NCBI RefSeq assembly: GCF_037042905.1
Contig: NC_087250.1
Location: 10,976,001-11,040,000, forward strand
DNA from: Lytechinus pictus
Lineage: Eukaryota
DNA: 64,000 nt
Direction: 5' to 3'
Shown: piece by piece, positions 26,579 through 39,453 of the stretch
Numbering within the stretch: position 1 is the first letter of the stretch
Layout of the letters: each line of letters starts with the position of its first letter
The notes under the pieces: generated by a model
The model's input: the letters and a program-made list of their open reading frames with translations, nothing else
The model's database searches: none
What the model was told of the DNA's origin: nothing
Program-made: the position numbers and the translations under genes

Positions 26579-27894
26579 TGGTATTTTCTTCAGGACTCGA
26601 GCTACAGATAAGATATAAAATATGCTTTTACTAAGTATTTTGATACACGAGAAAGAGAATTAATTGATCTGGAAATCAGGATTACTCTTTGTATGAATAT
26701 TTATCGGTTTATTGCCATTTCGTCTACTGCCTTTTTCCCACTATCGCATGGTCTGATATCATTTCGTTTACCATTAGTTAGTCAACTATCAACAAAGTCC
26801 AATAACCATTTCGTCTAATTACCATCTCGTCTAATAGCCAGTTGGTCTAGTAGCCGTTTTGTCAATTATCATTTAGTCTAATTGTATTTTTTTCAATTGG
26901 TCCAATTTCCACTTTGTCCAATATCATTATATACGTCTATCACCTTTTGGCCTAATAGCCAATTGGTCTAATAACCACTTGGTCTACTCTCATTTCATTC
27001 ATGTTCCATTTGGTCCAACTTAAGTTGGTTGACTATCACTTTGTCGAAACCCATTCCGGCAAACAATCATTTGGTATCGTTGCCATGGTCCAATCACCAA
27101 TAGGTCCTATTTCCGGTATTTTTTTCGGTATACTGACGGATGGTCTATTATCACTAAGTCTAATCATCAGATTGGCTAACAACATTCGTGATAAACCCAC
27201 TTAGTCCTATTCTCTTTTGGTCCAATGACCACTTGGTCTAATAGCCAATTGGTCTAATGACCACTTGATCTAATAGCCACTTGGTCTTATTCCCAGTTGG
27301 ACTAATTGCCACTTGGTCTAATTTTCATTTGGTCTAATTGCCATTTCGTCTAATGTATTTTATTGTCACTTGGTCTAATACCAGTTCGTCTAATAGTCGG
27401 ATGGTCTAATACCAGTTGGTCTAATCCTCACTTGGTCCATTATTCATTCTGTCTATATTCAGTTGGTCGAATGTGCAGTTGGTCTTATTTCCATTTCGGC
27501 CAATTTCCACTTGATCTAATTTCCAGAAAGTCTAACATTCATTTTGTCTACATGTCACTTGGTATAATATGTAAAGTTTGCATGGTAACTTGTTTTAATT
27601 TTTCTGGTGAAATTTTTAAAGTTACTTTCCGCGCGCCGGCTTCGAATATTCAACCGTGTGCCTCTCGATATTTGAGTACATTTAGAGTGACTATATTTCC
27701 ATCCCCAATTTTTTTTAAATATGAGGACTTTCAAAAGCCTGTGGAGATGAATGCTTCATATTCCAGTCCAAAAAGGGGTAAATTTAAGCACTTTTACAAG
27801 CGCTATGCATGAAAATTCTGAAGTGGATGTGGATGAGAGCGTGAAGCGCGAGCGAAAATTTTAGCCTATATACATGTAGTACATGGTGTTTTTT

Positions 27895-28058
27895 ACCTGG
27901 TTGCTAAGAAAGCATGATTGCTTGTAAGCAAGCAACCAGAGGACCGACGGCTTCAGGTCCTCTCCAAGGGGCACTAATGCACCAATTAGGAATCATATCC
28001 GGGTCACCGGAATCAGAACACCCCCCCCCCCCCGCTCTACCTACTGAGCTATCGCGCC
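27895..28058 (-). mobile_element. tRNA-derived SINE fragment
   Basis: The minus strand reads GGCGCGATAGCTCAGTAGGTAGAGCG (A-box-like), then a degenerate B-box GGATATGATTCC, then a non-tRNA body GAGGACCTGAAGCCGTCGGTCC. Confidence 0.75.
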
Positions 28059-29173
28059 TCTTTTGAGCTTGAAAGATTAGTTTTTTATGTTCCAAGTCTT
28101 CACCTCACCCTATTTTATTCACTCCTCTGTCTCCCTTTTTTTTCCTCATTTTCCCTCCTCTCTTTCCCCTTCTTTTCCCTTTTCTGATCTGAACCACAAA
28201 TCAGGAGTAGAACTGCAACAAGTCGGCAATGATACATAGAGTCACCGTAGAGGTCTAGCACCAGTACACCATTATGGTTATAAGATGAAATGAATATGCC
28301 TATTGGACGAAATGATGATTTCGACAAGATGGTGATTGGACCCATGGCAACGATACCAAATGATTGTTAGCCGAAATGGGTTTCAACAAAGTGATCGACC
28401 AACTTAAGTTAGATCAAATGGAACATGGACGAAATGACAGTAGACCAGGTGGTTATTAGACTAATTGGCTATTAGACCAAAAGGTAATAGAAGTTATGAT
28501 ATTGGACAAAGTGGATATTGGACCAATTGAAAAAGAAATACAATTAGACTAAATGATAATAAACAAAACGGCTATTAGACCAACTGGCTATTAGACGAGA
28601 TGGTAAGGGAGCTTGTCAAAAGTCCATGCACCGTTCTATACCGTCTTTACTGCATCCGGGTTTTCGCTTCGGCTTTCCTGCCCAACGTTCCCTTCTCTTC
28701 AAAGGAACGGCCGCCATCAAAGGCCCATTGATGCCACCGTTCTTTTGTTCGTCTTTCCTGCAAGTCTTAATTTCTGTCGAAAAACCGGAGAATCTATTCT
28801 AAATAGCTCCCTCTACGACCAAAACAAAGGCGTGCCTTCATATTTATTGTCGGATCGGAGAGTTCGGGTCACTGTTCTGAACTATGGTTCGCATCTATAA
28901 TGGAAGTTCGGGTGCATTCATAAAGCCACAGTAGCTTAATCAAAAATCACGCACGTGTCATAAATCGTTACTGATCTTTCGAATTTGCTGCAATAACCAT
29001 GAAAACCTCCTTTTTCGCATTGGAAGAGGGTCAATTCATGATGTTTTAGGTGGGAAAATAAGATTCCACACATTTTCGTTTCGTAGGCCCAAGCCATTCG
29101 TACAATTCACGTCAACTTGGAATATTTATTATTACTCGCATCTGAAACAAGTGTCGGGAGCCCCCCCCCCCCA

Positions 29174-29211
<38 letters not shown>

Positions 29212-29906
29212 TAAAGAGAAGGAAATGGAAAGATGAAATGAATATGACCGGAACAGCTTGGCACTATAAGGCATAGATAGATCAAAGATTTATTAGAAAC
29301 TGTTAAAAATAGTTTGTTCAATTTTTGGACGGGCAACCATTTCCCCAGGATAACATAATTATTGTCTCTTAATTTTCTTTATCTCCTTGTTTTAAAGAAG
29401 CGGGACCAAAAGAGAAGATGAAACGAGGAAGAAGAAAACTAAGGATAGGGAGAGAAAAGGAAGGGGAAACAGAGAGAAAATAAGAAAAAAAAACATTGGG
29501 ATGGAGGAAGAGGAAGGGTGAAAAAAATATGGAGGAAAAACAGTTGAAAGAGAAAAAAAAAATTGGAAATTTGAGAGGGGAAGAAATTTAGGATCGAATC
29601 AACGGGAGAGGGGGGACAAATTGGAATATGGAAATGGATAGAGACAGAAAATAAGGGGAAAGAAGAAGAGAGATCTGGTGGACGATGGGGGGAGAAATAA
29701 AGGGGAAAAAGGGAAAGAGTGAAAGGGGAACAGAGGGGAAGACATGCAGTGGCGGAGGCTGGATCCGCCCCTGATTTAGATTTACATGTTATTCACCCCC
29801 ATCGATCCCCTCTCGGGGTATGAGAGTACATATAAACAACTTATAACAGACTAAAGTATGTAACTTCATTTAATAGGTTTAACGTATTAAACGCAATGTT
29901 CGGAAT

Positions 29907-30290
29907 TGAAGATGAATACCAAATGTGGTAACGATCTGAAAATTAGTTCGATCAGAATCCAATGAAATTTACCAACGGAGTGTTTGTTTGTATAAATGAA
30001 AAATATTTGCCAAATAGCCCTGTGAAAGAAAATCGTGCTGAGAAATGAGCGATATAAGCACGGAATTCCATCAAGTGTCAGTTATTTTTCGAGGCAATAT
30101 TATAATACATTGTCCCACGTATGCTTTTCTGTTTTAGTCATCATCAGAATTATCGATATTGAGCGGCGATTTCATTATTCTACAAAAATAAGTGTATATT
30201 AATGTACTAGATCTAGATTTATGATTAATATTTCGTATCGAAATCGTCATGTAATCATATTTGAAATTGCGTCAGATACTTTGTGCTGTA
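29907..30290 (-). mobile_element. Old diverged copy of the MITE at 55674-56070
   Basis: GGTAACGATCTGAAAAT, GTGTTTGTTTGTAT, GCTGAGAAAT, TGTCCCACGT and AGATCTAGAT occur in the order expected for the reverse complement of 55674-56070. Ends are approximate. Confidence 0.65.
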
Positions 30291-33129
30291 CATGGTCTAT
30301 GACCTCTCATAATTGTCGGTATCGTCATCACCGCTGTTACAATCGCAATCATCTTCATTTCTCTATTATAAGTATTATCTTCATAAACATTTCTATTATT
30401 TCATTATAATTTTATCTTCATAAATCGATGAGGTGGGAGAAGGAGGAGGAGAAGAAGAATTACCAAGGAGAAGCAGACGTACATGTAGAATGGGGGAGCA
30501 GTAAAATAGGATGAGAATAATAATGAGAGATGAGGAAGAATACGAAGAGGAAAAAGGAAGATAAAGAAAAAGCTTATCAGTATATTACATCATCTGATCA
30601 AGTTTTTATTCTCATCTCGATCGTTCTCTGCATGGGTAGTGTTTAATTTATTGTTCTAATTGTCATGTTAAAACTCTTCGATTAACTTTGGTAAATAATA
30701 CGTAATTTTGTCTTTTGAATTTTGTCGAGTATTAACAAGCATTTTAAAATGTTTACAAAAGTGCAGTGGTCATCGGATTTTTTTCTTCAGATGTCATGAA
30801 TCAAGCACCATTTCTCGATGATGTTCTATTTTAGAAATAACCTTTTGAGCACCAAACGAAGTATGTTGCAATGTTATTCAGACCTACATCTTGAAGTCTG
30901 TCCCGATAGACGGTTTCCAATTAAAAATACACATACATTTTGATCGGTCGCCAAATCGCTGGAAAAAAAAGAATGTGTGAAAAGGGCTACATTTTCCAAT
31001 AAAACACATTTGATTTCATACCTATCACATCACAATCACTTTAGGGTCATGCTCATATAATCAAGGAGATATCATCTCCTTGATATTATATAGTACTCAG
31101 GAATGGAATGGTGACATGAACTTTTCTGACCGGGATTTACCAATATAATTATAAACTTAAAAGCTTTAAATCATCATCAAGAAGGAATATAAGCGGACAC
31201 AATTCAGTTAAAAAAATAAGAATAAACTAAATGGGAGGCTTACAAGTTGCACAAATTGTGTGTGATTTTTATTTCATCTAAAAGTATGTTTCTAGGTATT
31301 ATTCATTGAATGTGTGACTTTCGTAACTTTCAGTATTTTTATTTGTCATAATCACCAAGGCTACCACTACCACATTCACCATCACCGCCACCACCACCAT
31401 CATCATCATCAGTTTTGATTATCATCACTATCATCAGCAGCATCATTATCGTCAACAGCAAATCATCTATGTCATTATCATAGATATTGAAATTAGGATC
31501 ATTTTTTGTAAGGAAATAATGAAAGGGAATGAAAGAAAGGTTGTAGCGGGAAGGGAAGGGGGGTTGAATTTGTTCTAAAGTAAAATCAATGTGAGTAGAA
31601 TTAACTCTATGTTTTTATCTATATTGCAGTGATGGTGATTATGTAGAATGATATTAACATTAGATCAATACTCTAAAATAGATGAAAGATAATTATTATT
31701 TATCATCTATATCAGGTTGTACACAACTGGCCTACAGCAAAAGCAAATAGGGCCATGATATAGTCTTCTCCAGCAAGAGAATTTAACATTATTGACCTTT
31801 CAGGATTACTTGGCATTGATACTCATCGAACTGTTCTTAGTCATTGCCCAGGCCTATGATCATGAAAAAGCAAGATCACTCACCCGTGTAGAGAATCATT
31901 GACAATGGCATGCTCATCGGGTTCGCCACATACAACAATAAATGGGAAAGGCGCTCAGAGAATAGTTCCCCATATCCGCTGTCGTGATTATTGTCATAAT
32001 TTCAATAGATGAACCTATTTCAAAAGACCGTTGGCCCGTCCGATGGGGAATCTTTTGTACTATAGTGTAATAAAGTACGTGTATACAGTAACTACCGTCC
32101 CGACTTCTTTCTTTCACCATCATCGAGTAGCGATTAGCGTGTAAAATCGCATAAATTATCTCACAAAACGGATCTAATGTTCATGATTACCAGCATCACC
32201 ATTATCATTATTATTACCTTTCATATATTCTTAATTGTATAAAATATAAAATTGATATTGGAGAACGATTGGAAATAGATACTGAATGAATGATGATGGT
32301 GATGATGATAACAGTGATGATGATATAATGATAATTATAACTTTGAAGTGATATTAACGGACATGATAATACGAATAATAATATCAGTGATAATGTTGAT
32401 GATTAAATGATAACAAATGAAGATGATTGGTATATTTTGCGGCAATGAACCATGTATAACTTGAGACGCGTTTTTCCTTTATCATGTTTGTTATAAAAGG
32501 TTTTCATATCATGATCCTAAAATACATAGATTATATTTAGATTAAAACGAATGAGAATGGATGGCTTTCATCTAATTTTGGAAAAGATTTTGCGGGTTGT
32601 CAAGTCCGACGCAGTATCAAACATGCTTGCATATCGAGGTCGATGCGATTTTTATATCGACATCATCCCCCAGAGTCTATCAAGTTATGAATTTGTGTGC
32701 ATTTTCGCAAAATTGACATTTGTAATACGAGATTATTCTAATGTTAGAGTACTGTAACATCCGAACTGCATGCCATCCCGGCTACGTACGTTTTGAATAC
32801 ATCGGCTATTTCGATTTCTGGATGCATGATACCATGCAGTTAAAGCGGTGTACGCCTGAATCATATTGATTGTATTAACTTTATTATAACGTCGACAAAC
32901 AGAATTCATCAGATTCATCATCTTTATCATTACACCAATGACATGGACTTATGCACATATAGGCCTACGTCTTTTGCTTGATTGAACACTGACCCTCTCC
33001 CCCTCCCCTCCCCCATTAGAGCGAAAACAGTGAAATTGCGCTCTCTCATTAATATTGATTTCGATACGGAGATCGGGAAACGCACGCCACTAATTTACAT
33101 TATTTGTATACCACTTAGAACAAAACATT

Positions 33130-33335
33130 TATCTAAACGCTAAGGAAAAAATATAGAGAGAGAAGGAATTTCGCCAAAAAAATAAAGTAGTTGTACAGTT
33201 CACAGTAGGCTGTAAACAATTGAGGGGCTTCACATGCGGAGGGAAAGCTATATTTAACAAAAAAGGTTTTAACACGGATTTGAATTTCTCTCTTGAATCT
33301 GCTTGTTTAATACTTTTTGGTAGATTGTTCCAGAG
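33130..33335 (-). pseudogene. Extreme 3' fragment of a CR1/L2-group LINE ORF2
   Basis: Peptide LWNNLPKSIKQADSREKFKSVLKPFLL resembles the C-terminal WNxLP motif region of the LINE at 18420. Confidence 0.65.
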
Positions 33336-34699
33336 TTGGATCCAGGGGTGGGGCAAGGGGTCCGCCCTCCCTCCTCCCCCTATTGGCGGAGCAAAAAAAG
33401 GGGGAAAGAAAGACCAAAAAAGGGAAAAGAGGGGAGAAAAAATGGTAAACATGAGAGGAGGAAAACGAGTGAATAAATAAGATGAGGGGAAGACTTCGAA
33501 AACAATAAAAAAAAAATCTTTCATGTCATTATATAAAACTTTCGCTCGTGCTTTGCGCTCGCATTACCTTTTAGGTGATTTACATATATGGAACTTTAAA
33601 TATCAAATTTTGAAGTCAATATACATAACATATTTCAGCTCGGAAATTGAACTTTCATTTTAAAAAAGTGTTCTGTAAAAAATTCATTTTTATTGTCTGA
33701 ATATAAACATTTTCTGCTTGCGCTGCGCGCTCACAAAATTTGATTTCCAGGTACCTATTATTTTCCTGTATTCCATATACTTATAAAAATATCCCTATTC
33801 ATGTCAGATTGTAAAAACGTATCAGCTAGCGCTGCATGCTTGCATTTTGATTGGTGAGCTATAAAAATTTAAATATTAATTCTATAACAAACTACTTAAA
33901 TCTCCATTTTATGACAGTTTATCAACAATTTTCGGCTGGCGATATGCGCGCACATTGATTGTTAAAAATATATTAACTCATGCATCTTATTCATTATTAC
34001 AAAAGCGCTTTAAATTGTTCCTTTTTCAGAATGGCATATCGACAAGTTTCATCTAGCGCATTGATAGGAAGATAAATAGGAAGACAGTCATAATTTTCAT
34101 ACGATGGAATAATGTTCTTAGAATGTCCCGGTCCTACATGTATGTCAAACTCAAAGTAATAATAATGAAACATATCAGCTCCTTTTTAACTGTGATCCAT
34201 ATCCACTCACAATTTTCCTACAAACCTCGAATTTTCCGCTTGCGCTTCGCGCTCGCATCAATTGCTTTGTTATATATTCAACTTTTTCATGATTACAAAA
34301 ATTGCTTAGAATTTCAATTCTTCAGGTAGAAAGGTCAAAATTTTCAGCTCGCGCTTCGCGCTCGCGTTATTTGACTGTTGAAATATGTAACGTCTTCATG
34401 GCTAACTGCAATCAGCCGTTAACATATCTTTTTTTTTATCAGAATGATCAAAGCGTATATTAAATTTACTCATCTCGTTTAGGATCACAAGCATTGCCAG
34501 AATGCCATTTTAGGACAAAATACATGGAATAATAATTTAAACAATAGCTCGCGCTTCGCGCTCGCACTATTTAAATAAGGCTTATGAGATTATTTTACAT
34601 TCATTTAAACAAACAAAAATCATATTTGAGCGGCTGATCAGAGGTATGTGGTTAAAAAGACCCCCCCCCCCCCTTTGGCGAAGGCTGGTTCCGCCCCTG
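33331..34699. mobile_element. MITE with CAGGGGCGGATCCAG-like ends and repeated GCTCGCGCTTCGCGCTCGC motifs
   Basis: Left end CAGAGTTGGATCCAGGGG, right end GGCTGGTTCCGCCCCTG. No matching TSD. Related ends lie at ~29749-29773 and ~58388-59485. Confidence 0.6.
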
Positions 34700-36408
34700 C
34701 AAGTGTACTCACTTTTTGAGAGTCACAGCAAATATCTGTAATATGAATATGTTGTTCAAACACAAGTAAAGACCTTAATTTTTTAACGTCACGTTTTAAA
34801 CGGGTCAAAATGCCCTATTTTAGTGATAACTTTTTTGTCTAAAAAGTGTTCAAGGGAAAATGTGCCCCCACCTGAAAATCTGCCACTGATTGAATACATA
34901 TAAATCATTCAATTATAGACACGTGTAGTTCAGAATAATGCATAAATCCGAATGATTCATACATATATATATAATAAGCTTAACGTTTTTACTTCTTCTA
35001 TTTTGATCCTGTTCAAAAACACAATTCGAATTAACTTCATCGCAGTGGTGCCAACCGGTGCCAACACTAAACACTTCAATGTTCTTGCTCGTAAATAAAT
35101 ACTGTTTTCCCGAAAGCACGAATCCAATTAATGCTTATTTAACCACATGTCTATCCCGGCTTTTGTATGAAAAAAAAAGAGATCAGGCTCAGTGGGATTG
35201 AAAAGAAAAATCTTACCAGCGCCTGAACAAATCACGCTTGCATTATTTAGTCTGATACTTACCCTCTCGATGACTTTGAAATATTATGGTTGTTATTAAA
35301 TCGAGTATTATACATCTGTTCTATGAAACTCGATTTTGAAAACATTTATTATAAAGATACTTATGAACAAATCATATTTGGTTTACATATTATAAAGCGC
35401 CTTCTCATATTTCAAGTTTACCTTATAAACGTACACTGTAAGTATTTTCAAACGAAATCTATGAAAAGGATGGAAGTTAGACTTTCATTTTGAAGCCAAA
35501 TAGTCTCATTAATTGGGATTAGTTGCAAACACGGTGTTCGATTAAAAGACACATCGGGGACACATCAAAGTATTAAGACAGTCACCCGCGCTGACAAAGT
35601 GGTAATCTCCCATTGAAATACCCCCACCAATCAAGGGGTCATCCTTCTATTGAAATCCGCCACCAGTCAGACCACCTCTATGTTCAACAATAGGGTAATC
35701 TCCCCAATCAAGAATGGGGTAATTTAAATCTACCTTGACAATGGGGTAAGCCGAGCTCTCCCATTAAATACAGCTAGCAATGCACTGGCCCAGTTCATTT
35801 TCAACGTCCGGCTTTCGGGGAATTAAAATGAGCATCAAATGGGTAGTTTTCTTGTTCTCGTTTTGTCCCCATACTAGAGCCTTGATTTTGGTTCTTTTCG
35901 TAATGTGTATTTTAATATAGTTTCCATTATACATCTCAGCATTTCGACATTTAATGTAGTTTAATACTTGTCTTTATAAAGAGCAATATTACATAAAACC
36001 TGTTTGGCGCAGCAAATTTAACATAACGTTCCACTGATATTTTATCAACACATTTTTAATTAACCATGTAACTTCCCTCCTTATAGGTCTACTCTTAATA
36101 TTAACATTCGAGTTATATTCTTTGCCTATCATCTCTCCGTGCATTTTAATAATCAAATATATTTGGAAAAGGGGTGTTTACCAGGCGAAAGTGAAGGTCC
36201 TCACTTGTGCATGAACGACATATCCTCATTAAAATACATGCTGTGAGTTTCAAAGGGGGGCACACTTGTGTAAAAAATGCATATTTACATTAGCAATTGA
36301 TAATGGCTCTCAAAGGGGGAGGGCGCAAGGACCGGATGCCACCCCCCCCCCCCGGTATCACTACTGTACCCTCCAGGTGCAGAATATAGACCCACTGACT
36401 TCTTTTAG

Positions 36409-36485
36409 TATTATTATTATTATTATTATTACTTATTATTTGTACTGCGCTTTTCCCATTAGGTCCAAAGCGCTTACAATAGTAG
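36409..36485 (-). mobile_element. 3' tail of an L2-type SINE/LINE
   Basis: The minus strand reads GTAAGCGCTTTGGACCTAATGGGAAAAGCGCAGTACAAAT followed by (AAT)n. Confidence 0.6.
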
Positions 36486-36622
36486 AGGTCACATAATAGA
36501 CCACAATACTTTTGAGAGGCCAACTATTGTTCAAAATAAATACGGCGCTTATTAGATTGTATTGTGTTAATTCGGCATGATCTGCGCCAGCATACGCTCC
36601 ATCCTTCTTGATCTAGTATGCC

Positions 36623-36790
36623 TAATACCTCGGTCACATTTGTTCTACGGCGGCCGTACGGCGAGGCGAAAACAGTCGTTTCAACAGTTTTTGTACCAGC
36701 TAAATATAGGTGGTTTGAATAAAAATGAATAAAACGGCTGTTTTCGACTCGCCGTACGGCCGCCGGAGAGCAAATGTGACCGAGGCATTA
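36623..36790. mobile_element. 168-bp palindromic MITE
   Basis: ~55-bp inverted arms TAATACCTCGGTCACATTTG..CGGCGGCCGTACGGCGAG..CGAAAACAG versus CTGTTTTCGACTCGCCGTACGGCCGCCG..CAAATGTGACCGAGGCATTA, with TA/TWA at the ends. Confidence 0.85.
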
Positions 36791-39453
36791 CCATTTCCTG
36801 AACGTTTATTGATTTTTTTTTTTTGTGTGTAAAAGTATTTAAATTTGCAAGCTATACAGAATACAGCTATACGATTAAGAGGTGAAGTACAAAGTTGGAA
36901 GGGAAACTAGGCCAAAGAGGCTTTCGTATTACAAACTTTACGTCGGTAAATTATGTTTACCTTAGACACTGGGAATCTAATTTGCAATAATTTGACACAC
37001 ACATATTGCAGATAAATTCAGATATTTGATAGGAAGAAGAAATCAACGGCAATATGCACTACTGTATAAGTCAAACGTGAAGGTTAAAAAAATAAGTATA
37101 GAAAAGGTTTAGAAAAATTCAAAGGAAGAAATGAAGTTGGATGAAAAAAAAGAAGCCATTAAAATTAAGTTGACAAAATTAAATATTGTGAGTAGAACTG
37201 AAAAATTGAAAGAAATAATTAAGCCTTCCCCTACCGCCGAACGGTTTTGAAGGGGATCACCATGCATAAAATCATGGTACTTTATACGTTTTGTAGCTAT
37301 TTGGAGGAAAAAGAGTGTGGAGGCTTCAGCCCAGACCCCCTTCGGTTCTGTGTCTGCTGGATGGTAATCAAGAACACTTGGTCACTTAGTACTCTAGATC
37401 ACAGGGGAAATTGATAAGAGAATAAAGACGGATCCCAGGTAAAAAGATAATATAGGTTTTCATGTCCAATTTCATGTCAGAGTCACTTAAATGTGTTAAT
37501 TTGCATTTTAATTCACGCGATATTTTTTCCCCGGAGACATCGGTCATTCAAAGTTTAGAATGGGATTCATTAAAATACGCTATAATTCCTTTATAAACAT
37601 TCAACTCAATTCATGGTCAAGACTACCTCAAATTTGATAATTTTTATACTAAATTGTTAAGTGCTTTTGATTTCGTTTGAAGGTAAAGATGTTTGTAATG
37701 GTCTTACAAAGTAACGAAAATACTTTTTGTTCTAAATTTCGGGCAATGAAATTCAAGAATTGTGCATTTAATCAACAATGACCGATATGACTGCTTGAGC
37801 ATCCAATTTAATTTTTAAAAGTTCAAATTAATGATATTTTATTCGTTTGTTTTGCACGACATCTGTATTATGTGTGAATATATAAGTTTCTAGCATGTTA
37901 ATGTTTAAACATAATGTATAATAAGAGTAAAATTTTTGTGCACTTTGGCTAAATTAGATATAGGCCTATGTTTAGCTCAAATATGAATTTCAACGATGCC
38001 CTTGTCCATTTTCCCACAAAAACGCTTGCATTTTATGAGTTTATTATTTTTTGTCACAGTATAGCGTTTCAATGTAAATATTTAAATGCAATCATTTTTG
38101 GACCCAGGTATGATTTATATTGCATCTTTTGCAAAGGGTTTTGCATTTCGTTTACAAAGAAGTTAAGGACAATTCCATATTTTTCCTTTTCACCCGACAA
38201 TGCTGACTGTGTGGGCTCAGTGTGATGAACACAAATCTTACCTGCGCCTGAACATTTACTTTTAGAAAGTCAGTGTCTTAACGGTATATTCTTCAAAATA
38301 AAACAACTCGTTCTATTAAAAAAAATCAAATCTAAATCTAATTGAACTTTGTCACTACTGAAACCTGAAACGAAAAACTATCAAAATAAATTGTGAAAGC
38401 GTAACTTTGGAAAATGTACCCCCAATGGACTAGGCACACCGATACAAGGACAAAATGATATTCAGATCAGTGACTAGAGATCGGGCGTTCAATAGTTTGC
38501 CTAAAACGCCGATATCGTGAACATAGAGGGCGCTAATGCAAAAACATATTATCGGAGAGCCAACCGAAGCATGTCAGAAGAAAAGATAAAAGCGAACGCT
38601 TCCGTTTTCGCTGCAAAAGGGCACGCTGGCGTCTTGAATGGCAAGAGCACTGACCCGTAGGAAAGAAAAATGGACAATGGCACGCTCAGCGGGTTCGCCG
38701 TAGAATATAAAGGTAAAGACGCACGCACACTTTTGACAACACGCCTAATGAGACGAAATGGTTTTTGGACTTTGTTGATAGTTTACTAACTAATGGTAGA
38801 CGAAATGATATCAGACCATGCGATAGTGGGAAAAAGGCAGTAGACGAAATGGCAATAAACCGATAAATATCCATACAAAGAGTAATCCTGATTTCCAGAT
38901 CACTTAATTCTCTTTCTCGTGTCTCAAAATACTTAGTAAAAGCATATTTTATATCTTATCTGTAACTTGAGTCCTGAAGAAAATACCGCTGCGACATTAT
39001 GCGTTGCGACATGTGACGTTATGCGTTGACAACTTGCTGCGACATTATGCGTTGCGACATGTGACGTTATGCGTTAGAAAAACTACGACATTATGCGTTG
39101 ACTGCGACATTACGCGTTAGTGCGACATTATGCGTTGTTGCGACATTATCGGTTGTAACAAGGCCTACTAATTGGGTACAAACGTCGTTTAAACGGAAGA
39201 AAGTAGTGGTGTTGCCACTGCCGCATTGGTGAAAAAATAAATAAATAGATATCAAGCCCGGGCCTAACGTTAGCCTGGCCTGGACCTGGTCTTACTCAGG
39301 ACTACAACGTAGTGCCTTGCTTGGCTAATAACACTGATTCATTGTAATTTCCAAAGCCGGCTGTTTAGATTTTGGGGGTTAGTCTAGACTCTACGTCAGA
39401 AATAGGCTAGATGAGATCTGGATATAGATCTAATGATGCCTAAATTATATTAA

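Larger units (their letters stand above)
28607..38745. mobile_element. 10.1 kb PIF/Harbinger-like non-autonomous element nested in the right TIR of the Ginger-like element
   Basis: Imperfect TIR GGGAGCTTGTCAAAAGT / ACTTTTGACAACACGCC. TAA is duplicated at 28604-06 and 38746-48. Removing the element restores GATGGTAAT(G)AGACGAAATGG, the reverse complement of the left-arm sequence at ~26807-26826. Confidence 0.85.
26364..39160. mobile_element. Long-TIR (foldback) non-autonomous DNA transposon with TGT...ACA ends and 5-bp TSD (Ginger-like; superfamily uncertain)
   Basis: Ends are TGTTACAACCGATAATGTCGCA and TGCGACATTATCGGTTGTAACA, with AGGCC on both flanks (26359-63, 39161-65). The left arm ~26364-27099 matches the reverse complement of 28329-28606 plus 38749-39160. 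Core length is ~2.65 kb once the nested insertion is removed. Confidence 0.88.

Noticed and set aside
27985..28058. tRNA gene on the minus strand
   Set aside because: A poly-G expansion, a degenerate B-box and no closing acceptor stem, followed by SINE-type body sequence. Called as a SINE instead.
16592..39453. Inversion between the two inverted piggyBac-like copies
   Set aside because: Copy 1 has in-register, same-orientation satellite on both sides, so the flanks have not been exchanged.
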